In this document: piece after piece, positions 49,952 through 59,899 of the stretch
How positions within the stretch are numbered: the first letter of the stretch is position 1
How the letters are laid out: each line of letters begins with the position of its first letter
From: Candidatus Omnitrophota bacterium
GTDB taxonomy: Bacteria > Omnitrophota > Gorgyraeia > Gygaellales > Profunditerraquicolaceae
DNA: 64,000 bases
Direction: 5' to 3'
NCBI GenBank assembly: GCA_022710715.1
Contig: JAKLGJ010000004.1
Coordinates: forward strand, 192,166-256,165
Program-made: the position numbers and the translations under genes
Notes under the pieces: model-generated
Seen by the model: only the letters and a program-made list of their open reading frames with translations
What the model was told of the DNA's origin: nothing
The model's database searches: none

Positions 49952-49980
49952 TTGCAAATCCCGCCATTTTACGCTAAAAT
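49952..49980 (+). promoter_or_regulatory. Sigma70-like promoter for tRNA-Lys
   Basis: TTGCAA at 49952-49957 (part of a GATTTGC/GCAAATC hairpin), a 17 nt spacer and TAAAAT at 49975-49980. Confidence 0.4.
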
Positions 49981-49995
49981 AATTAAACTGATTTC

Positions 49996-50068
49996 GGGCC
50001 GCTAGCTCAATTGGTAGAGCAGGACCCTCTTAAGGTCAAGGTTCGTGGTTCGATTCCACGGCGGCTCA
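49996..50068 (+). tRNA. tRNA-Lys (anticodon CUU)
   Basis: Cloverleaf: acceptor GGGCCGC/GCGGCTC (one G-U pair), D stem GCTC/GAGC, anticodon loop CTCTTAA, T arm CGTGG-TTCGATT-CCACG. There is a 27:43 G-A mismatch. Confidence 0.65.
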
Positions 50069-50084
50069 TTTATATTCTTTCCAG

Positions 50085-50513
50085 GTGGATCAGAGCACGT
50101 TCAAGATTATCGAGCATACCGCTGATATCGGTATCGAGGTCATCGGCGCACGCCTGGCGGATCTGTTTATCCATGCGGCTGAAGCGATGTTCTCGCTTAT
50201 CGCATCGCGTAAGACAGGCGTTTCTACGCGACGGACTGCGCGCACAATTCCCATCCACCTGGAGGCGGCAGACAGCGAAGAATTATTCATCGCATGGTTG
50301 AATGAACTCCTGTCTCTATCTGCCGTTAAAAACGTCATATTCTCTGATTTTCGTATAGACACAATCGACGATACTCATCTTAAAGGATCTGTCCGGGGAG
50401 AACCTGTCGCCCGGTATCGGATCACTACCGAGATCAAAGCGGCTACATTTCATGAACTGGCTCTGGAACATAGAGGTTCTTCCTGGAAAGCCAAGGTGAT
50501 TTTTGATGTCTGA
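50085..50513 (+). CDS. Archease (RtcB activator)
   Basis: EHTADIG motif near the N-terminus; about 140 aa. GTG start. Confidence 0.8.
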   Translation: MDQSTFKIIEHTADIGIEVIGARLADLFIHAAEAMFSLIASRKTGVSTRRTARTIPIHLEAADSEELFIAWLNELLSLSAVKNVIFSDFRIDTIDDTHLKGSVRGEPVARYRITTEIKAATFHELALEHRGSSWKAKVIFDV

Positions 50514-50805
50514 AGAGAGTTCCGGCGGCGGGATGGAAAAAAGGCAATTCCCCAGGGTGGAGGTCAACACCGCGGTCAAGTTCTCTGTAGTCATGCCGGC
50601 AGTAGAAGAAGGCATTTCCAAGGACATCAGTCAGGGAGGTTTGTGCCTTCACACCAAAAGAGCCCTGGTGCAAGGAACCATCCTGCATGTGGATTTCGAC
50701 CTGCCGGGAGACCCGCCGGTGCATGTTGAAGCGCTGGGAAAAGTCGTCTGGCAGCGCACCGATCCCGACGGCAGCTTCGCTACCGGGATAAAATTTATCA
50801 GTTAA
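50506..50805 (+). CDS. PilZ domain (c-di-GMP-binding) protein
   Basis: QFPRVEV (RxxxR-like) and DISQGG (DxSxxG) PilZ motifs. The ATG at 50506 overlaps the archease stop; an alternative start is at 50533. Confidence 0.65.
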   Translation: MSEESSGGGMEKRQFPRVEVNTAVKFSVVMPAVEEGISKDISQGGLCLHTKRALVQGTILHVDFDLPGDPPVHVEALGKVVWQRTDPDGSFATGIKFIS

Positions 50806-50816
50806 ATCAGATACAG

Positions 50817-53807
50817 ATGAGCGATCTTTGGCAGGGAACGTTGGAGAAAGTCGACGATTTTCGCTGGCGCATCCCGCCTTCCTATAAGCCCGGCATGCGC
50901 GTGCCGGGCCTTATTTATGCCGACGAGAAGCTCTTAAAAGACATTCTCCGCGACAAAGCCGCGGAGCAGGTCGCCAATGTGGCGTTCCTGCCGGGGATCA
51001 TCAACGCTTCTCTGGCCATGCCGGATATTCACTGGGGCTATGGTTTCCCCATCGGCGGCGTCGCAGCGACGGATATCGAGGCCGGAGGAGTGATCTCGCC
51101 CGGCGGCGTTGGGTTCGATATCAACTGCCTTACCGCTGAATCGCGCGTCTTGCATGCTTTCGGCTATTCTCTGCGTATTGCCGATCTTGAACAGACCTGG
51201 CGGACGAATCGGTTAGCGGTCATGGATTTCCGCCGGGGCAGAAAAGAGGATGCGGCGATCTGCGCGTATATCAAGATGGCGCCGCGAGAAAAGCTCTTTG
51301 AGATAACTACGGTAACGGGGAGGAAAATAAAAGCCACGGCAGATCATCCTTTCTGGACGCAGGACGGCATGGTGCCTCTGAAACGGCTTGCGGCAGGCAA
51401 TCGTGTAGCCCTGTACCCTTTTGAAGGTGTGCCTTTCGAGAAACCGGGCGGGGAGATCATTGTCGACGAAGAAGACGTAGTGCGGTTGCTTGCAGCGCTT
51501 AAAAAGGACTCGGGCGGCAATGCCGGTATCCAGGTTTTGAATCATCTGAAAAAAAGAGGCCTTTTACCGTTGCGCTACGATTCGCCGGCGTTGCCTTATT
51601 TGATCAAGATAGCGGGGTATTGTATCGGCGACGGTAATATCCATTTTGCTAAAAGCCGCGGCAAAGGAGTGACCGGATTCTGGGGGAAGAAAGAAGACCT
51701 GGAGCTCATTCGTAAAGATGTCGCGAAAACCGGGTTCACTTGCTCGCGGGTGTACCGGCGCAACCGCCGGCATGCAATCAACACCCCCTATGATTTGGTT
51801 CAATTCGAGCATCTGGAAGAGTCCTGCAAGGTCGTTTCCAGTTCTTTTTCCGTATTATTGATCTTATTGGGCTGTCCATATGGCAATAAGGCGGAGAAGC
51901 CGTTTTCTGTTCCGCGATGGCTATTCAAAGCTCCGCTTTGGCAGAAGAGATTGTTCCTGGCAGCTTACTTCGGGGCGGAAATGTCATCGCCGAAATCTTT
52001 TCGCGAGCAGGGATATAATCTCTATTGTCCCGTAGTTTCAATGAACAAGAACGGGCTTCTAGCCGACGATGCTATCGCGTTTTTCAAAGATATTTCCACC
52101 CTGTTGACCGAGTTCGGGGTCAGGACGGTCGCGATCAGCGAAAGTCACTCCGGATTTACCAGGAAAGGGACTTTCAACTATCGTATACGGTTGATCCTGG
52201 CCAGCAAAACCGAAGATCTGATAACACTGTACAGCAGGGTAGGATTTGAGTATAATCTTCACCGCAGTTTCCTGGCTAATGCCGCTATTCAGTTCTTGAA
52301 ATACAAACAGCGGATACTCCGGGAACGCGAGGAGAAAAGCGTTCAGGCACAGCGTTTGCATGCCCGGGGCTTCAGTCCCGCCCAGATTACCGAGAGTATC
52401 GGCTCGGAATTCGTGAATCGCCGGTTCATTGAAAGATCTGTTTATGAAGGCAGGAAAACGGGCCCACGCATAAGTTCCGCGGCGTTGAATTTCGTCAGCT
52501 TTATGGATGAGAATACCGCGGGATTAGAGATGTCCGGCATGCTCTGGGACGCGATCGAGACGATCGAAGAATCGGCGTCTCCGGAGTATGTATACGATTT
52601 TACTGTAGGGCATCGGGATCATAATTTTGTTGCCGACACTTTCGTGGTTTCTAACTGCGGGGTCAGGTTGTTGACCACCAACCTGCGCTACGATGACGTC
52701 AAAGACAGGATCAAAGATTTAACCTGCCGGCTCTTTAACGCTATTCCCACCGGCGTCGGATCGAAAGGCGATATCCGGATCAGCGAGAAGGAAGAGCGCA
52801 AGCTCCTGGTCGAAGGAGCGGGTTGGGCGGTCAAACAGGGTTTCGGGGTCCAGGAAGATCTGGAGTGCACTGAAGAATCCGGCGCGATCCAGGGCGCGGA
52901 TCCCGCGGCAGTTTCCGAACGCGCCTATGAGCGCGGCAAGGCCCAATCGGGCACGCTGGGTTCAGGCAACCATTTCCTGGAAGTGCAGGTGATCGACCAG
53001 TTGTATAACCGCGACGCCTGCGATGCCCTTAATCTTGACCAGGGACAGATCACCCTCATGATCCATTCCGGCTCGCGCGGTCTGGGGTATCAGATCTGCG
53101 ACGATTACGTCCGGTCGATGGTGCGTTGTCTGGACAAGTATAAGATCGAAGTGCCGGACCGCCAGCTGGCCTGCGCGCCGGTAACCTCGCCGGAAGGGAA
53201 AGCTTATCTGGCCGCGATGCGCTGCGCGGCCAACTATGCCTGGGCCAACCGGCAATGCCTGATGCATCTGGCGCGGTTGACGTTCCAGGAGTTCTTCGGG
53301 ACTCCCTGGCAGAAGATGCAGATGCGCCTGGTGTATGATGTGGCGCATAACATCGCCAAGATCGAAAAACACACGGTGAACGGGCAGCTCAAGAATGTCT
53401 GCGTGCATCGCAAAGGGGCGACCCGCGCGTTCGGCCCCGGGCATCCGGAACTGCCGCAGCGGTATCGTCAGATGGGCCAGCCGGTGATCATCCCCGGCGA
53501 TATGGGGCGCAATTCTTACTTATTGGTCGGCACGCAGCAAGCGATGGAAGAAACATTCGGCAGCACCTGCCACGGCGCGGGCCGGGTGATGTCGCGCAGC
53601 GCCGCGACCCGGTCCATCGACAGCCGGCAGTTGCTTAAAGATCTGGAATCGAAAGGTATTACGGTGATGGCTGCCGGCAGAGGCACGCTGGTGGAAGAGG
53701 CGCCGGAAGTTTACAAGAACGTCAATGACGTGGTTGATGTAGTGCACAAGGCCGGGCTGTCCACCCGGGTGTGCAGGATGAGACCCCTGGGAGTGATTAA
53801 AGGATAA
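50817..53807 (+). CDS. rtcB: RNA-splicing ligase RtcB interrupted by a large intein
   Basis: Exteins carry GFDIN|[14 protein letters not shown] and GSTCHGAGR RtcB motifs. 996 aa versus about 480 for canonical RtcB. Confidence 0.9.
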   Translation: MSDLWQGTLEKVDDFRWRIPPSYKPGMRVPGLIYADEKLLKDILRDKAAEQVANVAFLPGIINASLAMPDIHWGYGFPIGGVAATDIEAGGVISPGGVGFDINCLTAESRVLHAFGYSLRIADLEQTWRTNRLAVMDFRRGRKEDAAICAYIKMAPREKLFEITTVTGRKIKATADHPFWTQDGMVPLKRLAAGNRVALYPFEGVPFEKPGGEIIVDEEDVVRLLAALKKDSGGNAGIQVLNHLKKRGLLPLRYDSPALPYLIKIAGYCIGDGNIHFAKSRGKGVTGFWGKKEDLELIRKDVAKTGFTCSRVYRRNRRHAINTPYDLVQFEHLEESCKVVSSSFSVLLILLGCPYGNKAEKPFSVPRWLFKAPLWQKRLFLAAYFGAEMSSPKSFREQGYNLYCPVVSMNKNGLLADDAIAFFKDISTLLTEFGVRTVAISESHSGFTRKGTFNYRIRLILASKTEDLITLYSRVGFEYNLHRSFLANAAIQFLKYKQRILREREEKSVQAQRLHARGFSPAQITESIGSEFVNRRFIERSVYEGRKTGPRISSAALNFVSFMDENTAGLEMSGMLWDAIETIEESASPEYVYDFTVGHRDHNFVADTFVVSNCGVRLLTTNLRYDDVKDRIKDLTCRLFNAIPTGVGSKGDIRISEKEERKLLVEGAGWAVKQGFGVQEDLECTEESGAIQGADPAAVSERAYERGKAQSGTLGSGNHFLEVQVIDQLYNRDACDALNLDQGQITLMIHSGSRGLGYQICDDYVRSMVRCLDKYKIEVPDRQLACAPVTSPEGKAYLAAMRCAANYAWANRQCLMHLARLTFQEFFGTPWQKMQMRLVYDVAHNIAKIEKHTVNGQLKNVCVHRKGATRAFGPGHPELPQRYRQMGQPVIIPGDMGRNSYLLVGTQQAMEETFGSTCHGAGRVMSRSAATRSIDSRQLLKDLESKGITVMAAGRGTLVEEAPEVYKNVNDVVDVVHKAGLSTRVCRMRPLGVIKG
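51126..52655 (+). mobile_element. RtcB intein (510 aa) with LAGLIDADG homing-endonuclease domain
   Basis: Starts with Cys (CLTAESRVL) and block B TADHPF. LAGLIDADG-like [14 protein letters not shown] and [10 protein letters not shown]. Block [16 protein letters not shown] and block G TFVVSN followed by +1 Cys. The penultimate residue is Ser rather than His. Confidence 0.85.
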
Positions 53808-53833
53808 GAGCAGCAGCGATAAGGAGCAGTCCC

Positions 53834-55102
53834 ATGCTGGATATGCGATTCATACGCGAGAACGCGGATCTGGTCAAAACGGCTTTGCAGAAGCGTAATT
53901 CCAAATTCGACCTGGACAGTGTCCTGCGGGTCGACGACGACCGGCGCAAAGTGCTGGGCGAAGTGGAAGCTTTACGCGCCCGGCAGAATAAAGCCAACGA
54001 CGAGATCAGCGCATTGTTGAAAGCCAAACAGGATCCCAAAGAAACGATCGCTTCGATGAAAGAGATCTCCCGCCAGATCAACGAACTGGAAGGCCAGTTA
54101 GCGCTCAAGGAAGCGGATCTGAACAAACTTCTTCTGACCATCCCGAACGTGCCGCATGAGTCGGTTCCCGTCGGCGCGCCGGATAAAGCGGTGATCGTCC
54201 GCAACTGGGGTACGCCCCGGCAGTTCGATTTCAAACCGCAGAGTCACGTCGAGCTGTGCGAGAATCTGGATATCGTGGATTTTGCCCGCGCCACCAAGAT
54301 CAGCGGTTCGAATTTCCTGCTTTTCAAAGGATGGGGCGCCAAGCTTGAGCGGGCGTTGTTCAACTTCATGCTCGATCTGCATACTTCCAGGCACGGATAT
54401 ACCGAGATCTTTCCGCCGTATCTGGTCAATCGTAAAACCATGACCGGGACCGGGCAGCTGCCCAAGATGGAAGAGGACATGTACCGGCTTAAAGATGAAG
54501 ACATGTTCCTGATCCCGACCGCAGAAGTGCCGGTGACCAATATCTACGGAGACGAGATCCTTAACGAGGATGATCTGCCCCGGTACCTGACCGCCTATAC
54601 CGCCTGTTTTAGAAGAGAAGCGGGTTCTTACGGCAAGGACACGCGCGGGATGATGCGCGTTCATCAGTTCGACAAGGTGGAGATGGTGAAGTTCGTCAAA
54701 CCGGAAAACTCATACGCGGAACTGGAAACGCTGGTCAATAACGCGGAGACCGTATTGCAGCTGCTGGGTTTGCCTTACCGGGTGGTGGCGTTGTCTTCGC
54801 AGGATATCAGCTTTGCCGCCGCCAAATGTTACGATCTGGAAGCCTGGGCGCCGGGCACGGATAAATGGCTGGAAGTGTCGAGCTGTTCGAATTTCGAAGG
54901 GTTTCAGGCGCGGCGGGCGAATATCCGTTTCCGCCGGAAAGATACGAAGAAAGTCGAATTCGTGCATACCCTGAACGGGTCAGGGGTAGCGCTGGCGCGC
55001 ACGGTGATCGCCATCCTGGAAAATTATCAGCAAAAGGACGGTTCCATCATCATACCCGAAGTCTTAAGGAGATACCTCGATGGCAAAGAAACCATTTCCT
55101 AG
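53834..55102 (+). CDS. serS: Seryl-tRNA synthetase
   Basis: N-terminal coiled coil and class II aaRS motifs 2/3 (FRRE, GSGxA). Confidence 0.9.
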   Translation: MLDMRFIRENADLVKTALQKRNSKFDLDSVLRVDDDRRKVLGEVEALRARQNKANDEISALLKAKQDPKETIASMKEISRQINELEGQLALKEADLNKLLLTIPNVPHESVPVGAPDKAVIVRNWGTPRQFDFKPQSHVELCENLDIVDFARATKISGSNFLLFKGWGAKLERALFNFMLDLHTSRHGYTEIFPPYLVNRKTMTGTGQLPKMEEDMYRLKDEDMFLIPTAEVPVTNIYGDEILNEDDLPRYLTAYTACFRREAGSYGKDTRGMMRVHQFDKVEMVKFVKPENSYAELETLVNNAETVLQLLGLPYRVVALSSQDISFAAAKCYDLEAWAPGTDKWLEVSSCSNFEGFQARRANIRFRRKDTKKVEFVHTLNGSGVALARTVIAILENYQQKDGSIIIPEVLRRYLDGKETIS

Positions 55103-55811
55103 GGATTTTGACGCGGGCCCGCAGGGGCAGGACGCACCTGATTTCAGTCAGCTTGATCCGGGACTCGATTCCGGCGGCGACATAAAGTCGAAAGGGAGGA
55201 TGTTCGCCGAGAAAGTCGCCAGCGTGATCAAATTCGTGCTGGGATTGATCCTGCTGGTGGTGGTTTATGCCGGCACGCGGGCGTTCCTGGATGAATTCAA
55301 TACCCTGGATAAAATGATCAAGTCGTATTTCTGGTGGGGGGTGTTGAGTTTCGTGCTTTTTCATTTCTTCGTTTTTGAGCCGGCGATCGTCTATCAAAAG
55401 GGACAGAAGCTGCTGGCGTTTGTCTTTAAATTCTTTGCGCCGCTGGTGAAAGTCGCGCCGTTCGTCCTGCCCATCTACGCCCTTGTGTTATTGTGCGTGT
55501 ATCCTTTGTTGATGCTTTTGAATTCAACGCGCCAGGATATGGTCACGCTGTATTGCGTGTTCACTCTGGGATTGACCATGGCTCTGCATATTGTTTTCAG
55601 CGCCAAGACATTGCGTTCCCGCCAGGGCGACTTTTTGAAGGCGAATTATCTGTTCGGTTTTTCGCTGGTATATGTGATCAACCTGTTTATACTGGGATTC
55701 GCTTTGAATCTGTTGTTCGCGGAGTTCTCCTTCCTGGATTTCTTCACCGGGATGTCCAGGATCGCCCACGGCATCTATTACGCGGTGGTCAAGCAGGTGT
55801 TCGCACTGTGA
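55080..55811 (+). CDS. Polytopic membrane protein of unknown function
   Basis: About 6 predicted TM helices and no known motif. Overlaps the serS 3' end. Confidence 0.5.
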   Translation: MAKKPFPRDFDAGPQGQDAPDFSQLDPGLDSGGDIKSKGRMFAEKVASVIKFVLGLILLVVVYAGTRAFLDEFNTLDKMIKSYFWWGVLSFVLFHFFVFEPAIVYQKGQKLLAFVFKFFAPLVKVAPFVLPIYALVLLCVYPLLMLLNSTRQDMVTLYCVFTLGLTMALHIVFSAKTLRSRQGDFLKANYLFGFSLVYVINLFILGFALNLLFAEFSFLDFFTGMSRIAHGIYYAVVKQVFAL

Positions 55812-55932
55812 GTCTTGTATCCCGGCTCAAGGGTGCGGTTAATCTGTCCAGCTCGTAAACGCTCAGAATTTCCTTCGGAAATTCCATCGCACTCGCTGGA
55901 CGTCACATCTGAATAAAACCTTAAGGAGTTCC

Positions 55933-55953
55933 GGTGGGGTGGCAGAGCGGTTG
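55933..55953 (+). repeat. Orphan copy of the first 21 nt of tRNA-Ser
   Basis: GGTGGGGTGGCAGAGCGGTTG is identical to 56044-56064. No anticodon or T arm follows, so this is not a tRNA. Confidence 0.8.
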
Positions 55954-56043
55954 CGACTGAGCGAAGCGCAGGAGTCCCGTGAACGCAGTGAACGGGAAAT
56001 GCGCTTGCGCATCGTCAGGCGATGCCAATGGCGGAATCTTTCT

Positions 56044-56130
56044 GGTGGGGTGGCAGAGCGGTTGAATGCGGCAGTCTTGAAAACTGTTAAGGGCGCAAGT
56101 CCTTCGAGAGTTCGAATCTCTCCCCCACCG
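56044..56130 (+). tRNA. tRNA-Ser (anticodon UGA)
   Basis: Class II tRNA: acceptor GGTGGGG/CCCCACC, 3 bp D stem with an 11 nt loop, anticodon loop CTTGAAA, 18 nt variable arm, T arm GAGAG-TTCGAAT-CTCTC. Confidence 0.8.
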
Positions 56131-56341
56131 TTTATTTTCAACGGGTTACACCATGATGTTATTGGTAAACAATTCGACGGTGTCCCCGGCAGTATGCCTG
56201 CCTCGGTTCTTTCCGGAATGTGCTTAAAAAGCGGTTCTTTCCTCCGGGCGAAGTGACGGTCGGGGCGGCAATAGTGCAGTTAAGCCTAATGCTGACAATA
56301 ACTAATATCTTTTTTTCGCATCGGGATCTTTAAACTATCTC

Positions 56342-56369
56342 TTGACAATTTTTGAAATTCTGGTATAAA
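56342..56369 (+). promoter_or_regulatory. Sigma70-like promoter upstream of the cheW-mcp genes
   Basis: TTGACA at 56342-56347, a 16 nt spacer and TATAAA at 56364-56369. Confidence 0.45.
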
Positions 56370-56500
56370 AGTGTTAATGATGAATGCTGATTATCCGGGG
56401 GTAATTGGCGTTACAAAGAAGCATTTTTTGTCTACCACCTAGCGAAGAGGTCGGTTCTTTTTCGTGGGGTGGTTTTTTTGTTCTCTAACCGGGATGATAC

Positions 56501-56986
56501 ATGGCTGAAGAGAAAGCGAAAGAGTATCAACTTGTGGTTTTTGCCGTTGGCAATGAAGAGTTTGGCGTGGATATCAGCCAGGTGCGTGAAATCGTGAGGC
56601 TCATGCAGATAGTCAGTCTTCCCAAAGCCTCCGCGTTCATTGAGGGGGTGGTTAACTTACGCGGACAGGTACTGGCGGTTATCGATTTGGCGAAGAAACT
56701 GGGCCTGACGATAAATAAGCGGGGGGATCATTCCAGGATTATCATCGTAGAGGTGGGCGGACATACGGTAGGCATGATCGTGGATTCGGTATCCGAGGTC
56801 TTGAGGCTTTCCGCAAACTGCGCTGAAGATGTCCCGAATCTGGTCAATACCGAAGTGCCGGAGCATTATATCAAAGGTATCGGCAAACTCAAGGATCGCC
56901 TGTTGGTTCTGCTTGATCTTAATAATATAATTACTCCAGAAGAGTTCAAGAACGTTGAACGTCATCTGAAAGCGGTGCCGGCTTAA
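56501..56986 (+). CDS. cheW: Chemotaxis coupling protein CheW
   Basis: CheW-like domain, 161 aa. Confidence 0.85.
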   Translation: MAEEKAKEYQLVVFAVGNEEFGVDISQVREIVRLMQIVSLPKASAFIEGVVNLRGQVLAVIDLAKKLGLTINKRGDHSRIIIVEVGGHTVGMIVDSVSEVLRLSANCAEDVPNLVNTEVPEHYIKGIGKLKDRLLVLLDLNNIITPEEFKNVERHLKAVPA

Positions 56987-57015
56987 GTCAGAAAAAACAA
57001 TAAGGAGGGTGGTAC

Positions 57016-59157
57016 ATGCTTAAAGATATCAAGCTTGGATGGAAAATAGGGGGAGGATTTGTTGCGATTCTCGGGTTATTGATGCTGGTAGGCAGCATCA
57101 CCATGTTCAATTTGAGCAAGGTTAAAATCATCTCCGGCGGGTTGGCAAATGAGAATCTGCCCAGCGTGACTATCGCCAATAAGATCGAGCGTATTACTTC
57201 CAATACCTATACATTAACGCAGGCGTATCTTGTTTCGGGTGACAAAAAGCAGGTTGTCGCGATCAAAAAAGACCTGGATGACCTTAAGAAAACCCTGGGA
57301 GAAGCCCAGACGTTGAGCGAGAAATCCGCGAAGCTCAAACAATTGCAGGACGCCGTCAGAGAGATCGACGATAAGATCAAACAATATGAGCGGGGCTTGA
57401 ATCTGATCGTCGATTTGAACAACGCGCTCAATAATGAGCGACGCAGATCCAACGACGCGGTGCGCGTGTATCTGGATGCAGCGGCGAGTTTCTTGAAGGT
57501 GCAGATCGGAGAAATGGGCGGTGAAATCGCCATCGGGGTCAAAGCCGATAAACTTGCGGACCGGTTGAATAAGATCAAACTGTGTAAAGAGCTTAATGAT
57601 CTGGGATTCAAACTGGAAAAGGTCGGGTTACGTGCCCAGGTCTCCAGGGATCCCAAGACCATCAATGATGCCAATATTCTGTTCGACAACGTTAATTCGG
57701 AGATCGACGCGTTACGCCGTATCACCAAGCATAAATCGCTGCGCAAAATGCTGGATGAATGCGAGAAGGCGGCGAACGAAACGAAAAACGCATACGGTCA
57801 GTTTGCTTTGAAATGGACGCAGAAAGAGAATGAAGTAAAGAAGATCAGCGATCTGTCGGTCCAGATCGTGGCCCTGGTCAAGGAAGCGTCGGAGATGAGC
57901 CTTAAGGATATCTCGGTGGCTTCGAATAAATCCATCAATTCCCTGTCCGGAACAGCGGCTATCCTGATCATCGGTTTCGCACTGGCGGTATTACTGGGCA
58001 TCGCGATCTCGTTCTTGCTGGTCGCATCCATCAATAAGCCCGTGAAGGCGTTGATCGACGCCAGTTTGCCGATCAGTAACGGCGATTTAACCCAGCAGGT
58101 CGCTATCAAAAGCGAGGATGAACTGGGGCTCATGGCGCGGGCTTTCAACGAAATTGTGAAATCGATGCATAAGATCGTTTCACAGGTGCGTTCGAGCGCG
58201 GATAAAGTGGCCAATTCCGCGCAGGAAATGTCCTCTTCTTCGGAAGAGATGAACGCCACTACCCAGGAAGTGTCGAGCGCGATCACCAAAGTCAGTAAGG
58301 GCGCGGACACGCAAGCCAAGCGTATCGATGAGACCTTTGCCACCATGGAGAAAACCTCCAACAGCATAAAGCAGATGGTGGAGAACGCCCAGGCGGCGAG
58401 TAAGACGGTAAAAGACGCCAGCACTACGGCTCTGCAGGGCAAAGAAGCCGCGGATACTGCTGTGGGCAAGATCGAGCAGCTGACCAATACCGTTACCGAG
58501 ACGGCGCAAGTCATCCAGAAACTGGGTCAGATGTCGCAGCAGATCGGGGAAATTACCGAGACCATTACTTCCATCGCCGACCAGACCAATTTGCTGGCCT
58601 TGAACGCGGCCATAGAAGCGGCGCGCGCGGGTGAGGCGGGACGCGGGTTCGCGGTCGTAGCCGAGGAAGTCCGTAAGCTGGCCGAAGGATCCGCTGAAGC
58701 TGTGCGTAAGATCGGCGGGTTGATCAGGTCCATACAGAGCGAGACCAATCACGCGGTCGATTCCATAGAAGTCAGCTCCAAAGAAGTTCAGGACGGCAAA
58801 ACGCAGGTCCTTAAAATATCCGAAGTGTTAAATGCAATTACGATTGCGGCGCAGAGCGCTTCAGGAGTGACCAATGAGATCGTTTCATTCGGCCAGGGGA
58901 TCATCGTCGAGGTTGAACACGTGGTCAAGAGCCTCAACGAGGTCGTATCGATCGCCCGGGAATCTGCCGCGACTGCGCAGCAGGTGACCTCCAGCACTGA
59001 AGAGCAAACGGCGTCGATGGAAGAAATGTCTGCTTCCGCGCAGGAGCTTGCGAGGCTTTCCACGGATCTGCTGGATGTGGTGAGCAAATTCAAGCTGGAT
59101 GCTTCTGCGGATATTAAGAAAACTCAACACGGAGGTGAGAAGATAAAAACTGCTTAG
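57016..59157 (+). CDS. mcp: Methyl-accepting chemotaxis protein (N-terminal helical sensor, HAMP, MA signalling domain)
   Basis: Two TM segments, a HAMP domain and the highly conserved MA-domain core ([30 protein letters not shown]). Confidence 0.88.
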   Translation: MLKDIKLGWKIGGGFVAILGLLMLVGSITMFNLSKVKIISGGLANENLPSVTIANKIERITSNTYTLTQAYLVSGDKKQVVAIKKDLDDLKKTLGEAQTLSEKSAKLKQLQDAVREIDDKIKQYERGLNLIVDLNNALNNERRRSNDAVRVYLDAAASFLKVQIGEMGGEIAIGVKADKLADRLNKIKLCKELNDLGFKLEKVGLRAQVSRDPKTINDANILFDNVNSEIDALRRITKHKSLRKMLDECEKAANETKNAYGQFALKWTQKENEVKKISDLSVQIVALVKEASEMSLKDISVASNKSINSLSGTAAILIIGFALAVLLGIAISFLLVASINKPVKALIDASLPISNGDLTQQVAIKSEDELGLMARAFNEIVKSMHKIVSQVRSSADKVANSAQEMSSSSEEMNATTQEVSSAITKVSKGADTQAKRIDETFATMEKTSNSIKQMVENAQAASKTVKDASTTALQGKEAADTAVGKIEQLTNTVTETAQVIQKLGQMSQQIGEITETITSIADQTNLLALNAAIEAARAGEAGRGFAVVAEEVRKLAEGSAEAVRKIGGLIRSIQSETNHAVDSIEVSSKEVQDGKTQVLKISEVLNAITIAAQSASGVTNEIVSFGQGIIVEVEHVVKSLNEVVSIARESAATAQQVTSSTEEQTASMEEMSASAQELARLSTDLLDVVSKFKLDASADIKKTQHGGEKIKTA

Positions 59158-59219
59158 GGGGGAGAAGTAATTGTCGTGTAGAAATATGTAGTGTAGCGTT
59201 TAACAAAGGAGAGGAACAA

Positions 59220-59711
59220 ATGAGAAGCTGGTATGGAGTAGTGATCGCGTTAGTCGTGGCAAGTCTGATGGTTGTGAGCAATGTGAGCGGGCTTCATGCG
59301 CAGGATCTGCAGGGAAAAGTCAAGACAGCTATGAAGATGCTTCAGGAAAAAACGAACTCTTTGGGTCAGCCCAAGCTTGACGGCGGCACATTGATGTTCG
59401 GAGAAGATGAAATGAACGGAAATTACGATCTGGTCGATGAAGTCGCCGATAATAACGGCTGCACCGCCACTATCTTCGCGGCGTCAGGCGATGGATTCAA
59501 GCGTATTTCTACGAACGTCATCAAGGATGGCAATAGAGCCGTCGGGACCATGCTTGACCCCAACGGAGCCGCCATCAAGAAGATCAAGAACGGCGAATCG
59601 TTCTACGGCGAAGCGGATATCCTGGGCGAGAAATATGAAACCGGATACGAGCCTATCAAAGACGCTTCCGGCCAGCCTATCGGTATCTGGTATGTAGGCT
59701 ACAAGAAATAA
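59220..59711 (+). CDS. Secreted Cache-type (Cache_3/Cache_2 fusion-like) sensor-domain protein
   Basis: Signal peptide and a single Cache-like ligand-binding domain with no output domain. Confidence 0.5.
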   Translation: MRSWYGVVIALVVASLMVVSNVSGLHAQDLQGKVKTAMKMLQEKTNSLGQPKLDGGTLMFGEDEMNGNYDLVDEVADNNGCTATIFAASGDGFKRISTNVIKDGNRAVGTMLDPNGAAIKKIKNGESFYGEADILGEKYETGYEPIKDASGQPIGIWYVGYKK

Positions 59712-59776
59712 GAGCGTAAAAGACTTTTCTTCACTCGGGCATACGCAGTCGGCCCGGATGAAAGAAAATACGCAGA

Positions 59777-59816
59777 TAGCCCTGATCGGGTAACCCGATC
59801 AGGGCTATTCTGTTTT
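59777..59816 (+). terminator. Rho-independent terminator
   Basis: 14 bp stem TAGCCCTGATCGGG/CCCGATCAGGGCTA with loop TAA, followed by TTCTGTTTT. Confidence 0.7.
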
Positions 59817-59833
59817 AAGAGGCCGGATTATGC

Positions 59834-59862
59834 TTGAAGAATACATTCGAATCAAGTATAAT
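59834..59862 (+). promoter_or_regulatory. Sigma70-like promoter for thyX
   Basis: TTGAAG at 59834-59839, a 17 nt spacer and TATAAT at 59857-59862. Confidence 0.5.
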
Positions 59863-59899
59863 ATACAACTGTTCTGTGGGTAACGCATGAAAATGACCG

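Noticed and set aside
55933-56043. The first GGTGGGGTGGCAGAGCGGTTG copy as a second full tRNA-Ser gene or an intron-containing tRNA
   Set aside because: The sequence after the D-loop has no anticodon stem, variable arm or TTCGAAT T-loop, so only the 5' 21 nt are tRNA-like.
55863-56256. ORFs 55863-56141 (-) and 55939-56256 (+) overlapping the tRNA-Ser locus
   Set aside because: They span a tRNA gene and its orphan 5' copy, have no RBS and their products are Arg-rich nonsense. Treated as spurious.
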